A stretch of 63,711 nucleotides of DNA, filler included, from Bigelowiella natans CCMP2755 (GCA_000320545.1; 8 parts of 8 records of this genome joined end to end with filler, not necessarily neighbours in it), one strand, 5' to 3'. Positions 25,691-40,294 are shown, numbered from the whole stretch's first letter. Numbers and translations: made by a program. Notes: generated by a model not told the origin, from the letters alone.

Positions 25691-25803
25691 ATACATACTC
25701 AAANNNNNNNNNNNNNNNNNNNNNNNNNNNNNNNNNNNNNNNNNNNNTTAATTAATTAANNNNNNNNNNNNNNNNNNNNNNNNNNNNNNNNNNNNNNNNN
25801 NNN

Positions 25804-25845
25804 GATGACGACGGGAACGTAGAATAGCAATGGGATGCCGCTCGC

Positions 25846-25886
<41 letters not shown>

Positions 25887-26203
25887 TACGCGTAATCAAC
25901 TTTTTCGAACCACTCTTAGCCGCCTCCTTCTTCCTCTTCCTAATGATCTACATATCTATCTATCACCACACAGGGTCGGTTTGATACTCCTCCTCCTCCT
26001 CCTCCTCCTCCTCCTACCACTCCTACTACTACTACTACATTACTACTACTACTACTATTACTACCATGAGTGATAGCCATGGCCCAGAGAACGAGGAAGA
26101 TGATATCAAACCGACCCTGTGTGGTGATAGATAGATATGTAGATCATTAGGAAGAGGAAGAAGGAGGCGGCTAAGAGTGGTTCGAAAAAGTTGATTACGC
26201 GTA

Positions 26204-26244
<41 letters not shown>

Positions 26245-26284
26245 GCGAGCGGCATCCATTGCTATTCAGTTCCCCGTCGTCATC
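25804..26284. repeat. ~180-bp inverted duplication at contig start (probable fold-back artefact)
   Basis: 25804-25986 is the reverse complement of 26104-26284; mismatches are confined to the contig-terminal ~30 nt. Confidence 0.9.
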
Positions 26285-26476
26285 ATCCTCATTATCGTCC
26301 CCTCCCCTCCCAGTTGTCGCTGCGCCGGTGCGTTGCGTATGCACGTAGGCTGCGGCATACCTTGCACACATGGAAGAATCCGATCATGATGGGAGTTACG
26401 ATGATGGCGGACACGAAGAATCCGATGTTAAAGATGTTGTTCATGTGCTTGACCTGACAAGGAGAGTGTGAATAGC

Positions 26477-26515
<39 letters not shown>

Positions 26516-26740
26516 TAGTGGTAGTAGGAGGAGGAGTAGGAGGGGGATGGGGATAGAGGAGAAGTGAGAACGAGCGGCACCGATTACTACAATATAAGGA
26601 GGCGCTAGAACGACAGAAGAGACGGAGGCATCATCATAATCATCATCATCATCATCATCATCATCTTCGAAATCGTACCAAAAAAAGGGGTGGGTGGCTG
26701 CCAGCACAGCACTATTAAATCTGGTAGCTAGTTACTTCCT

Positions 26741-26777
<37 letters not shown>

Positions 26778-27471
26778 TACTACTTCTACTACTACTTCTA
26801 CTACTACCTCTACTACTACCTACCTCTTCTGGGGTTGCAAAGTACACCATTTGGTCCGTGAACGTGGCCACGTAGAACTGAAGGCGCGTGTTGATGGTGC
26901 CCATAAACAGCAAGTGGAGAAGGTATCTCGGCTGTAGCACGAGGGTCCATCTATCATATGTCAGGGGGGGGGAGGGGGGGGAGGGAGAGAGAGAGAGAGA
27001 GAGAGAGAGAAAGGTGTCGTGGATCAGCATCTAAGTAAATCGGAAACGAGGGAGATCTACTGGCTAATTGAGTCGCTGGGTGGAGGGGATAGGGGAGGGG
27101 GGGGGGGGGGGGAATGGTGCCTCGCTAAGGCAGCACAGCAACGAGAAGTAAATGTAGCAGCGAGCTCTGCCGCTTGACGCTGATCTAAGGGGCGACGACG
27201 AAGATGTTTGTTTTATTGGCCAACATACAGAGAGGGTGATGATGCAGCTTCCGCCCCGTCCGTCTTGTTAATGCCTCTGCTACAGCGGGCAATAGATGAT
27301 TGATATTAATTTAGACACGAAGAATGATTACGAGGATCATGTGGTGACAATACGATCATAATCTGCTGCATGGAAGAAACAGTCACCCTGGCCATTCTCT
27401 CGCGGAGGGCGCACATTCACCCACTCACGCATACACACACATACAGCGCACACGTATACATACACACACAG

Positions 27472-27505
<34 letters not shown>

Positions 27506-27766
27506 TATATATATATATATATATATATAAGGAAATATAGCTTATAGAGTAACTTACCTCTGCTGTAACATATTATCGATCGTCGCGTTCTTCACGGATA
27601 CAGGGGTGGAGACGGGGGCTTTTGGGCCTCCTGTCGTCGTTGTTAATAAGGAATTTGGGAGGAAGAGGCGAGGAATCGTATTTGCTAATGATACAGGAAG
27701 GCTTCTTCGATAGTCAATGGCTCGTGGTTTCATGCAGACAACGTACACACTGCTGCTGTGCCTCTT

Positions 27767-27811
<45 letters not shown>

Positions 27812-28679
27812 CTCTCTCTCGGTAGGTATCTAACTAAATCATCCCAAGCTCTCTGTTCTCAGGGTGATGGGATGGACCCTCTTCACGTCGTATATCTGCC
27901 CTATTCTCTCCTCCTCTCTGCTAGCACTACCACCGAACTACTAGCTACTACCCGAATCATACACAAACCACACACTACACACCGCACACCACGCGCTGCT
28001 GTCGCCATTATTACTGCGTCCTTCGTCCATACATTTCGAAAATACCAGCACGCAGCTTTCATGCCATTGATTGTGTGTGGGTTGATGATCACCTTCCTCG
28101 TGATGATAGTTATTCATCGACGCCGTCTTGCTGTACGGCTGCTGCTGGGGGCGGGGGTGCATTGTGGAGCTTTCGCCGTGGCAGATCATCGTCACCATCG
28201 TCTTCGAGGAGGACGATGATGAGCAGGTAGATACAGTCGAGCTGCTTCTGACACTAGTAACAGTAGTAGCGGTGGTGATGACAGGGGTGGGTGTCGGGGC
28301 TGGAGCATCAGCGGAGGCGCCAGGATGCTGCATTTGATTGCCTTGATTGTTAGCTGATGCTGATGATGACGGGGGTGTGGATGACGTGGAGGAGGGTTGA
28401 TTATATTGCTGGTATTGCTGCCGGGGCTCCAAGAACGGCTCCGCCTTCACCTCCTCCTTCACCTCCTCGCCATGGGTGTCAGGTCGCAATATCATACTGC
28501 CATAATTTTGTCGCTGTTGTTTGAAGTGGTCCATTTTAACGTTATCGTCTTTACCACCACCATTATTATTATGATCATTATCATCATCATTGCTGTTGTT
28601 GTTAGTATTGTTGGCATTGGCTTCAGCATCCGCGCCATGGACATTAGCACTGTTGAAAACAACCAATCGAGGAAAGGGA

Positions 28680-28749
<70 letters not shown>

Positions 28750-30844
28750 ACGCATAAAACACACGCAGGACACAACAGCAGAAATCGAGAATTAGTTGGT
28801 CGAATCGCGATAGACGAGGATTGTTTAAGGAAGCAGAGGTAGTGTCAAGAGAAGAGTCTAAGAGGAAAAGGGGGAGGTGGAGGAGGTTCTCCGACACCGG
28901 GAAAAACACGGATGCCATTGTTCCTGTGACTGATGCGCATGTTGTCGCAACAATTACTACAATACATACATTTTCGTTGTAATCTGTAACTGCATCACCT
29001 GCTGCCATTTTGCTTGTTAAATCGGTCAATATCTCTGGCTTCTTGTACAGTCAGAGCTCGCATTCTGGTGTCACATCATCATCAGCAGCAGAGCATCTTA
29101 CGTCAGCGTAGTCGCTGCCGTCTCATAATCGTTGAATATGTGTTTGGATGGTGTTTTTTTGCATTTTTTGTGAGGTGGAAGAGTGCAGGAGCATTTACCC
29201 AGCCAAGAGACTTAGAGTTGTCGTAGCAACACAGAAGATCATCATTGAAAAGGGGAACGACTGAATAAATCAACGAATTATGATAATGACAATGACAACG
29301 AGACGCTGATGATGATGATGCTAACAAAACATGGTAAGGAAAGAGACACAGAAGCAGGAGTAGCAAGCATTCACAATCTTTTCATCGTTACCAGATACGT
29401 CGGTACCACCACTGACAGGAGAAACATGAACATCGGCGACACCTAATTAGTTAGTGGCAGCATTTCGATCAATAACACATAACACAACACAACACAAGCT
29501 CTGCACAATTCCAACTTAAAATCTCTGTATAAACTCCTCCTGCCCTCTCCCCCCCCCCACCTCACAAGTGTACTCCTTCTTCCCCTTTTCCTACCTCGTA
29601 GCTCAAGGCCACCAGCGACGATATGTAGAACGTTTTGGAAGTATCTTGAAGCATCTTGGCGCTGAGATTACCGCCCATACAAACGCAACGTACGTCATAT
29701 GAGCGCTCGTGCCGCATCTCAACTGAATTTTGACACTACTAGGATTACTAGTAACATCAAGCTCGCTCTCACCATATTGCAAGAATCAAGCCGGCTAAAT
29801 CGACACGAGGGGGGAGGGATAGATCACGAGTTCTACCTCGCCAAGGCAACGATGTATGTGCCAATTGGTGCGGCAGCAATAGCTATCAATCCGATGAGGT
29901 AGAAGGCATGGATCTGAACGTATTCGAGTGAAAACGAAGTATAACGTTATACGTTCGTAAGAAAATTCAAACATATGCAGTGTTGCGTGGTAGCCAGCAT
30001 GATCTTGATTGTTGGGCCACAACGTCCTTTACGCAACTAATTCTAACCTTAAGTTGTGAGGCTACTGCTAAAAAGCCAAATCCAACTCCATAGAGACATG
30101 AGAAGCTCATCGTCAGGGCCCTACAATTTGTTGTTTACTCATCGTGAGAGCACCATCTCTCTGTCATGCGGTATGATGATTCGTTAGTTCAATCCATGTT
30201 AGATGCGGAACTGCCATCATCGCTCATGATTCAAGACAAATAGAGATGAGACTCGTCTTTATCTTTACCTTAGACCGAGGGAGTCGAGCAGGAATCCGCA
30301 AGGCAGAGCGATCACATCGACGACGAAGAAACAAAGCGTTTCTACGAGGTTCAAGGCCAGTCTGTTGTTAGTCATCCATGATGAGTCGGGTGAAGGAATA
30401 CGTGTTTGAGGCATCAGGTAAAGTATAGATATTTATTGTTAACATTGACCAACGAGGATGTTGCTAGCTATATGAAGAGGAGTGAATGAAGGATTTCAGC
30501 GAGTGGATGTTTTGCAGAGAGAGCGGGAAAGAAATGTAGCACTTTTGCTCGTCGCAATTAGTCTCTCCTTCTTCACAGAGATCAGCGTGTGCACCGTCCG
30601 CAATGAGGACGGGTCGTAGAGCATTATATCCGTAAACTGATCCAGCCCTGACGGAAAAAATCATCATCATCATCATTATCATCATCATCATCATCATCAT
30701 TATCATCATCCCATAATTCAACACATAACATTTTTCTCTCTTCAATCTGTGCTAGACATACCCTATTAGGAGCAGAAGGATGTTAAGAGAGATGACGTAA
30801 ATGGCCCTTGATAAGGTTATCGGATGCCTGTACAGTGGCTCCAT
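26067..30844 (-). CDS. MFS transporter, SLC43/FMP42-like, 3'-truncated
   Basis: MEPLYRHP..LNILLLLIG/AGSVYGYNALRPVLIADGAHADLC..CDEQ/..ALPCGFLLDSLGLR (MFS motif A)/../PRYLLHLLFMGTINTRLQFYVATFTDQMVYF/VKHMNNIFNIGFFVSAIIVTPIMIG. A long low-complexity central loop lies at 27550-29030. Confidence 0.8.
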
Positions 30845-31886
30845 TGAACCAACACGAGTATGGTATATTCACCTACTGCTGTTTGTGTGTTTGGTGCCGA
30901 GTCGAACTCCCTCCTCGTAGCCTAGCTCTTCGTAGCCAAGCAACTTCCGACCTGAAAATTTTAGAGAATCGTTTATCACTTAGGTAGGGAAACACCAACA
31001 TGACGGAAGATGGAACAATTACGACTGCAGCGATGGCCCTCTGCGACTGTGTGTTGCATGCAACAGAAGTTTGTGTGTACTCACACACCCACTGGTGCGA
31101 ATAACATGCTTAATGCTGAGTATCTGCATGTGGGATGCATGTGAGACAAACTACCGGTCGCTTTTAGTAAAGCTGAATGCGTTTAAGGGGCCAATTGCAG
31201 CCTGCCACCCTGTCAGCAAAGGCGAGTAAGTTGTTTCGGCGCTGGAGAAGAGCACAGGAGGCTCGTACCTCGTACCGTTTCCAGAACGATCTCTGTTTAT
31301 TGAATGCGACAACATCGGATGCAAAAATTTAAGGGAAAAAAACCATGTTTTTTTCTCTCGTTGGGTGCATCCGTCCGTCTTCCAGATCAACACAATAGCA
31401 ACGATCTTCATGGAAGACCCCGAATTCGACCCAGATTCGAGGTTGTTGGGCATGTCTCTGTTCTATATTGTAATGCGTTTTGCTGCAACTTTCAATTCTC
31501 TGCAGACTGAAGTTCTCTCGTGTTCGACACGGGGCTTTCCTGTGAGACCCCCATTCTGTGGCGAGGTCATATCCAGGGGAAATGCAGCGTGAGACTGCAT
31601 TTTTTTACCTTAAATTCTAGAATTTTCCTCTGCCGATGTGTTACGAGTACATGTACACAGATCGATTTCTCTTTGATTCGATGCGTCTCCATTGAAAATC
31701 CGCAGAATCTTCAGAGAATCTCCAGGGAGTCTCTCAAAACACCGCACAAAGCTCCTTGCGCCTACTCGTGAAATCCCAGCCGACCGGAATAGGAGGGACT
31801 AGGGTGGGTAGATCCGCGTGCTTCATCTCTAAGATCATCGCTGTTTCGGTGTTGCAGTTCACAGAAACAATTATCCCTTTACACGA

Positions 31887-33965
31887 ATGGCGACGAGGTT
31901 CCCAGCCCTGATGACCAATGCTGGAGGAATGGTGCCATGGAAGCTGTTCTCAAGGCGGATGACGACCTCATTTCCAAGGAACAACACGCTGAAACAGCTA
32001 CCCGGATTATCCTTTCCCAGAAGTTGTTCACGACGGACTCGGTCACTTCTTTCAATGAGGAGCTTATTCACGACTTCCGATCGATCTGGGAGGACAGCGA
32101 GTGCCGCACTAGGGACGAGACACGGATACTCTTCAGCTCCGGCCCCAGCCACAGCACAAGACAATGAAGCGCGAGTTTCCTCCTCACTCCAAGGAGCCAA
32201 GATATCCGTAGCAGAAGGCGTTCCTAACAGTAATGAATTATTAGTAGATGAATCAGCTCGACCAGGAAAAAATATCATCCGAGTTCGCGTGTGTTGTGTT
32301 GTGTGGTGTGTATTACTACTACTTTTTTTAATTAGTTTAATTTTTCTTTATTATTATTGTGTTATTATTTTATTACATTTATAGTGGGGGTCGGACGGAG
32401 CGTGTGGGAGAGTGGTCTTCGAATGGTCGACTATCTTGAGAAAAACGTAATACTAATTAACATAATCATCATCATCTTCTTCTTTCTTCTCCATTACCAC
32501 CGCCTCCACGATATAAGTACCAATCAAACAATCCATCATGGCCTCACAACTGTGGCTGCATCCGCAAACCGGAATCGTATATTTCGGGTCGCTCAAGCGA
32601 TTCTTCTACCCCTTCCTTCCTCTTCATCTACTTCTGCCCTGAGACCCCTCTAAGAGGTTGTATTCTTCTGTTAGAATCGAGACTCACTTCGTGGAGCAAA
32701 AGTGCTGGAGTTGGGAACAGGGACGGGTAAAGTCGAAACCGAGTGTAGTTACTCTAATCTTACCGACCGAGGATCTGATTCTGCAGCATATACTGATGCA
32801 ACTCACGCATGCACGCATCCATGCATACAATTTACTTTCTTGGATAAAGAGCGACGTGTTTACTATTTAAAGAGGGCTTTAACCTCGCCTCTTCCCGACC
32901 CTGTGGCCGCAATATACAGGCATTGTAGGAATCAGTGTGGCCTCTCTAGGCGCAAATGTCGTGCTGACAGACAGGTGTGCAGCACAGCAGTCATGAGACG
33001 ATAGAGTAGAAAGTAAATCAATCAATCAACCTGTTAAATTATTTAAACAACAGGGAGGAGAAACTATTGGGCTTGGTGAACAAGAACATCGAGGCCAATA
33101 GAAAGGTGACGACTACTCCACCCCCACCCCCCCACCCGCCCTCGAAAATGGGCATTAGCAGTGAGATCAACTCCTACTATTGATGGCTCCTCCTCCGCAC
33201 TCGTCATCATTACCTCGTCATCATCATTATCATCATCGTCGTCATCATCATCATCATCATAACGACCACATCGCCTATGTCTTACGTTGAACCACTTGTA
33301 CGCGCTGCAACACCTTGTACTACTTCTGCTGCCACGGCAGGCTATCAAGGCCGGGGGGGGGAGCGCCAAGACGGAGATCATGGATTGGAGCAACAGGGCC
33401 GGGACTTCCACTGTAGTAGTAAAATATAGACTCAAATCTAAGCTGTTTTGACACGCCGAAGATGGTGCCGTTTGTGCTGTGTTTGTGCGACATTGTCGCA
33501 CCGTCGTTTTCCGTCCCATGCTGTTTCGTTACTCGTTAAGTGATGCGGATCAAGCGTATTCACCTTGTTTCCGTCGCTTTCCCATTCAATTTGTCATTAA
33601 AGGTCGCTCTGACTGAGGGCCCGTTTGACTACATCATCGCTTCTGACATATTATACAGGTAAATATTTTCGCGATTTTGACGATATCCATCACCCCCCCC
33701 CCCCCCTTCCCTTCTCCTTTCTCTCTTCTCTTCTTCTTCTGTAACCCCCCTTTCGCTGCTTCGATTTTTGCTATGGGGGGGAATGGGTAACCATAATACG
33801 TTACTCTGCATCTCTTTCCGAGTCTTCAAGTTTTTGATATTGTAGTAAAAGAAGGAATGTTGTCTGAGCGATTGTCACAACTACCTCGATTGTTTTTTTA
33901 TTTGAACGTTTTTTAAAACCTCGCTCTCTACATATTCTCTGTCCTCCCCCTCCTCCTCGTTGTTA

Positions 33966-33999
<34 letters not shown>

Positions 34000-34953
34000 A
34001 CACAGCTCGCCATCTCACGGCATGCTGCTAGAGACCCTCTGGCAATGTGCATGTGTGGACACTAAGGTAGTAGCTGAAAGAAAGAGCAAACGAGAGCCAT
34101 AATAGCAGCAGCAGCAGTACTAATATATGATGTTGATGTTGGATAGCAGAGTTAGAGAGAGGGCTCGAGGGGGGAGAGATAAGTTAGATTACATTGTTGT
34201 ATGTGCTGGCCTCACGAAGCCTTCGGTAGCTGCTGCTGCTGATGCAGCTGCTTTTCGGGATGCAGATGGCTCAGTCAATTCCCCCCCCCCCCCCGCCCCC
34301 CTTCCTCAAAATACTACTCAATATGGATCTCATCATCGGCTGCCTGCCTCCTCTCGTCGTCATCTATCTAGGTCTTGATTGCGTATCCTTCCCGAGACCT
34401 GGAATGGGAGGTACGGAGCAAAGGCGTGGATCCAGTGCCTCCAGATGAGAGGTAGTAAACGATGATGATGATGGCACATCACGACGACGACAAGAAGCTG
34501 GTGCTTGGAAACCAGCGAAGTCGAGAATCAACACCGCGCCGCGTCCTCTCTCCATGAGCGCTTGATCTCTCTGTGAAAACGTTCAAAACTGAAGTGATTC
34601 GCTGGTGTTTCTCTGCCTACTCTCTCGCATGAGCCCTTCCCCCTGTCGGGCGGTGCTCTGATCGTCTGCAGCCCTTCCGCAAGTGCTGCCATACAACCCT
34701 TTCTCAACGCCGCGTTAATAATTGCTGCAGGTGCATGCACAAATTCTCGCAATTAACGGCCCAAAGGTTCCACATCGAGATCGTCAGCTACTACCCCCCC
34801 TCTGAACCTCGACGAGGTAATTCATTCATTCATTGGACGGCGTGACGACGACGACGACAGCGGCGAGCAGAGCACACAAATACTAAACACGAAATCCAAT
34901 GGTCAATGATTCTGTATCTCTAGAGATAGATAAAAAGAATGCAGGCTGCCGTA
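31887..34953 (+). CDS. METTL21/Methyltransf_16-family protein lysine methyltransferase, probable mitochondrial presequence
   Basis: Exons VGVGRSVWESGLRMVDYLEK, LRGAKVLELGTGTG/IVGISVASLGANVVLTD, LLGLVNKNIEAN, IMDWS, PFDYIIASDILY, VLIAY. Arg/Ser-rich N-terminus ending RHGYSS. 3' end approximate. Confidence 0.85.
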
Positions 34954-34978
34954 AGGCGGCTCGGAGTATTTATGTATA

Positions 34979-35012
<34 letters not shown>

Positions 35013-35419
35013 TTATATATATATATATATATAATCCGCTGAGTTTTCTCTGTATGATGGCATGTGAATTGGACAAACAGGGAACAAGGGCTACAGCGTG
35101 TACGTGATGTCGATGCAACTCAAGTAGTCGCAGTTGTAGTTGTAGTAGTGATAATAGTAATGGCAGCAGCAGCAGCAGCAGCAGCAGCAAAAGTAGCACC
35201 AGTAGTAGTGCGGTAGTATGTAGAAGAAAGAGAAAAAGAAACGGTGTAAAATTTGAAGATGTAATTTGAACGCAATTTGTAGTCGTAGAAATATCTAAGA
35301 TACTTGTGCAATTGAAATACCTTTTGTTGTAAACGACAATTGGAATATGCACGTACAAGGCAGGTGGTGTGTATATAGATCATGATAACAGTGCGAAGGA
35401 AATTATCCATAGCCTCGGA

Positions 35420-35900
35420 TGCATGGTGATGGTACGGTATTGTAGGGGCTTGTATTCCATGCATGTGGGCGCGCGTAGAACACATGTGCATGTTGGTTGT
35501 TCATGTGCACGAAGTAGGCACATCTAGACATGTACACTTTTCACATCCACATATGCACCACATAGCTAGATAGGGACTATTAGTCCATGTAGCAATTATA
35601 GTATGATGATGATGAAAGAAATCGTCATGATTCAGATCAGTAGAACTTTTCCTGCTTTACTGTTTCACAGACGAACGACCATGGAGTCGCGATGTCATGT
35701 GCCTCGTGCTAGCGTGCTGTCGATGTGATCTGTGTGCGCTACATGTCGTACTAGCTACTGCATCGCCGCGAAAGCGTCGGCAGTGCGCTGCTCTGCAGGT
35801 TATTTTGGCACAGCCACACGACATTGCGCATATACGTAGCACGATGGTTACTGTTGCGCATGCTCGCTTTATTCATACACCAATTTTCACTGCATCTACT
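35420..35900. other. CATG/CTAG micro-palindrome-rich intergenic patch (convergent region 3)
   Basis: catgcatgtg, acatgtgcatg, catctagacatgtac, atagctagatag, gctagc, actagctac between two gene 3' ends. Confidence 0.7.
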
Positions 35901-36008
35901 TGGCAATCCGACGGCACGGCGTCGTGGAGCAAGAACAATCCTTGTTCTACTAAAACAACTACAAGCTGCGATAATGCGAACCATGCAGCAGGCTGGCTTT
36001 ATTAGTTG

Positions 36009-36978
36009 CTATCTCACAGTCCATGCATCGAAGAAGCCGACCCTGTCATCAAATAACGAAGATGGCCAAGACAAACTGCTGCTGATGAGGCGACGGCAAC
36101 GTGAAAGCTGGCCACCATCCTTCTCGCTGGGCCTTCTCGTGGAATCTTCGCTGCTGTGTCTTTGACAACCCGTCATCAGCGAAAATACGGATGCATATTC
36201 AGGCTCCATTGATAGCCCTCGACCCTGGCCTTGCGCTTTACCCGTCTCTTCTCCCCCGTCCTCTCCTCTTTTTGATGAAGAAGCAGCAGCAGCGGTCGTA
36301 GCTGTTTTGGTCTCCGTCATCTCTCGTGTGCTTGCCGTTGTTGCCATGATTCTCCGCAATATCATCTGAAGCTGCGACTGCAGCCTGTGACGAAACCCGC
36401 CACACATCAGATGCTCTCGGTTCTGGAACACATGCGCACCACCAACAATAGACGGGACGACATCGAGGGGGGGGAGAAGGAGGAGGAGGAGGAGGAGGGA
36501 GAGGAGGGCGAGGAGGAGGAGATTGAATCAAGAGATATCTCTGTCATCGAATGAAGCAGTAGTGATACTTTTAGCTGCTTTCACCATTCCGTGGATCGCA
36601 CGACCCCTGCTACTACTACTACTACTACTGCTGCTGCCGCTACTACTACCAGCTATTTGTTGTAATATCGCTACTCATTGGCTCATTGGTACACATCGTG
36701 CACAGCGTATTACCTTGTCCGCGATTCGTTCTAACATCTCCCAATCGGCCTTCTCCAGTCTCTGAATGGCAGAAAGCATGCGGAAGATGCGACTCTTCCC
36801 GGGGGAAATAAACTGCTGCTGGTGCTGATGATGATGCTTATGCGATGGAGATGATCTATCGTTCTCCTCCTCCTCCTGCTGTTTTAAGTCTTCCAGGTTC
36901 ATGTCACCGAATCTATTGAAGGAGAAATGGCGATAAATGTACAACCATGACGAGTAGCATGATGATGCTAATGATAAC

Positions 36979-37010
<32 letters not shown>

Positions 37011-37734
37011 CGACGACGACGATTTCAGCGACGGGGATGCTAAAAGAAGAAGAGGAGTACCCTTCGTCGATGACCCTGCCGAACGTTTCGAATCCAAATG
37101 CACGTAACGCCTGATAGGAACGACCAAGGACGGATATTTCAGGGATATTACGTCAGCATATGGTCGTTCAAACGCGCAAGCCAACAGCTGTTACGGCTAC
37201 ATTTCTGCATTCCTATCAACGGTGTTTCCACTATTGCTACTACTACTACTAGTAGTACTACAGCTGTGTCGCTTCCAACCTTATACGCATATCTTCCTGC
37301 CCCGAGCAGGATAAAGGGGTGTCCTCCAAAGATGGGCTTCAACACCTTTTCGGTGAGAAAGACGCGGTCCTCCACCTCATTCAGTACAGATTCGAAGACG
37401 ACGCTGAGCCGCGTCGTGCGGTACTAATGGTGGTGCAGAGGGGGTTTTAGGTCAATGGAGATGTCACAGACGACGACGACGATTCAAGTTGTAGTGTGCG
37501 GATAGTGGTAATAAGGGCGACGATGCTACATGATGATAATAATCGGTGAGAGAGAGGATTCTTATCTTATATATAGTCATCACCCCCCTCCCCGCCTCGT
37601 CGTCGTCGTCGTCGTCATCATCATCATCAATATCATACTAGAGAGGTGTCAGGAAAGCTTTTGTCCTTGTCTTCAAAGTTCCCCACCTGATATGATATTA
37701 ACGATGACGATGAACCGTTAGAACAGAATGGTTA

Positions 37735-37778
<44 letters not shown>

Positions 37779-37972
37779 CAAAAAAAAACATACATCAAAT
37801 AGCTTCACATCCTACAAAACATCACCCAGAAAAACTTTTATCTCTATCCTTCTCCCCCCCCCTGCCCTCTTCCCTTTCTACACCAAAGATTACATCAATG
37901 TCAAGATTTCTGGGAAACTCTTTGCAAAAGTCCCCAAGATCCACATCAAGGGGCGGGAAAGGAGATTCCTGA

Positions 37973-38009
<37 letters not shown>

Positions 38010-38127
38010 ATCTGGCCCATTAACAAATGGTGGGCAGTACTCTCCGCCAATGCCGTTGTCATCGTTGTTATTTTCGTTGAAACAACGTCATCATATTATG
38101 GCAAGCACGGAATGCGGGCTGATATGC

Positions 38128-38182
<55 letters not shown>

Positions 38183-38335
38183 GGCGCACCAAATGCGACC
38201 ACACACTATCTACGCCGCACCCCCCCACAGTCTTTGGGCGTCTGTAAGCTCCACCTAGCGTCCTGAGGAAGGGGGAAGGGGAGTCCGTGCATGCGTGTGT
38301 GTGTTGCGTGTTGTGTGTGTGTTGTGTGTTGTGTG

Positions 38336-38370
<35 letters not shown>

Positions 38371-38561
38371 GCGTGTTTTCGAAACGTCCTTAAACAATGA
38401 CTAATACTCCCTCCCCCATCCCCCACCCCCGGTAACCTACTTTCAGGTAATTGGCACGATAAAGCGACCACAGCAAGTCGACTCGCATAGGCCTCGCATC
38501 CCTGATGCATTGTAGTAATGTTTTCTCCGATATGCAGCAGCGACAACAAAAACAACTATTC

Positions 38562-38597
<36 letters not shown>

Positions 38598-39324
38598 ATA
38601 CTAATACTACTTACCCGCCAAGGATGAGGAAGGTCGAAACCTCCTCTGCTGTGACGCTGCTATTAGCGGAGGAGGAAAAGGAGGAAAAGGAGGAGGAGGA
38701 GGAAGGAGAAGACGACGGCTCAGAATGAATAGGGCCCTCCTCGTGGCGACTGCTGGTGCGGCAAACATTGGCCGGATGCTTCTCAGCTTTGAGCAATAGC
38801 ATCCACCAGTAGTTGTTCCAGAAAGCCTGTGCCGGATGGGAGTAAGGGGGGGGGGTTAAGCGCTCTTCTCCCTCTTGCGCTACCGTTCCCTCCTCTGCAC
38901 CGGCGCTATTAGCTCTATTTTCCATAATGGACTCCTCCTCCTCCTCCTCCTCCTCCTTATCACCATCACCCTCCTGTGGATAGATAGTAGATGCATGATT
39001 AGACATCACGGCAAGGATGATGACGAGCGACTTCGTTGATGATGACGACGACCACGAGGAGGAGGAGGAGGAGGAGGAGGAGGAGGAGGAGGGGGAGGGG
39101 GAGGGGGAGGGGGATCGATGGGTGTGTGATAATGGTAATGATAATCATGATCATCATGAGGTCCAAGGCCAACTCACACTGCATAAGCACACACAGTGTA
39201 CTATCATCAAGCAGCCTCTTTTTAAAAGAGAAAGTCGGAGCTCTCTTGCTCCCCCAAAAGGCAGGCCCACCTTAAACAATCGAATCTCGCGAGAACCAGG
39301 TGCCAGGAGATCCCCGAGCTATGG

Positions 39325-39358
<34 letters not shown>

Positions 39359-39744
39359 CAGCAGCAGCAAGATTAACACGATAAGCACCACAGCAGAGTG
39401 AAGAAAAGAAAACTTTCCTTGTTTCGAATCACTAATTCCAATATAGCTACACGTATATGGTGTATATCTATTTGCGTGTGTGTGTGTGTGTGGCCGTTGT
39501 TACTGCTATTGCTACAACTACTACTACTGCTACTACTGCTGCTGCTATTCTGGAGGACAACAGGGCGAGCACGGTCCACTCACCCGGTAGTGAAGGAGAA
39601 GTGTGTTTTGCGAGTGGAATCCGGAGTCATATATCCAGCTCAAGGTCTTCTGGATGTTTCCCCTGTAGCCCCTGTCGTAGTCGGGATGCAGGGACACCGA
39701 CACCAAGAGCGAAGCAAACCTGGAAACATAGTATTTTTGAGCGT

Positions 39745-39821
<77 letters not shown>

Positions 39822-40130
39822 TGTGTGTGTTATACGAATGTGTGTGTGTTACGAATACATATAATTCAATGAGTATCTTCTTCAACCTTTGTTGCGACAT
39901 AAACTTAAGGACTTCGAAAAGTTTCACCCGAGATGCAATGCGCCAGTCGGCGGTAGCGACATCCTTGCCTGCACTTCTCCTCCTCTTCTTGAACCAGGTG
40001 TCGTCTTTTTAACCAGAAACAGCAGCACGGAAAATAGCAGCAAGAATTAAAATTTACTTACATAGAGTAATAACCGACACAACCACCACTGCGCCCACAC
40101 TCGCTATAAGGTTCGTGAGAGGTGTGATGT
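36009..40130 (-). CDS. Glycosyltransferase family-10 (fucosyltransferase)-like protein, 5'-truncated
   Basis: TFLILGG/DARPMRVDLLWSLYRANYLK/DARWS../FPRNLDID/../YRTTRLSVVFES..RVFLTEKVLKPIFGGHPFILLG; the F.TEK..K......P...G motif is GT10-like. Confidence 0.6.
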
Positions 40131-40241
40131 TAAGTGCTACTACATCATCACATGCTGTGGACATATGCATGTAGAGGTGTGTGTGTGTGTGTGTGTGTGT
40201 GCGTGATTGTGTGCGTGATTGTGTGCGTGATTGTGTGCGCA

Positions 40242-40294
<53 letters not shown>

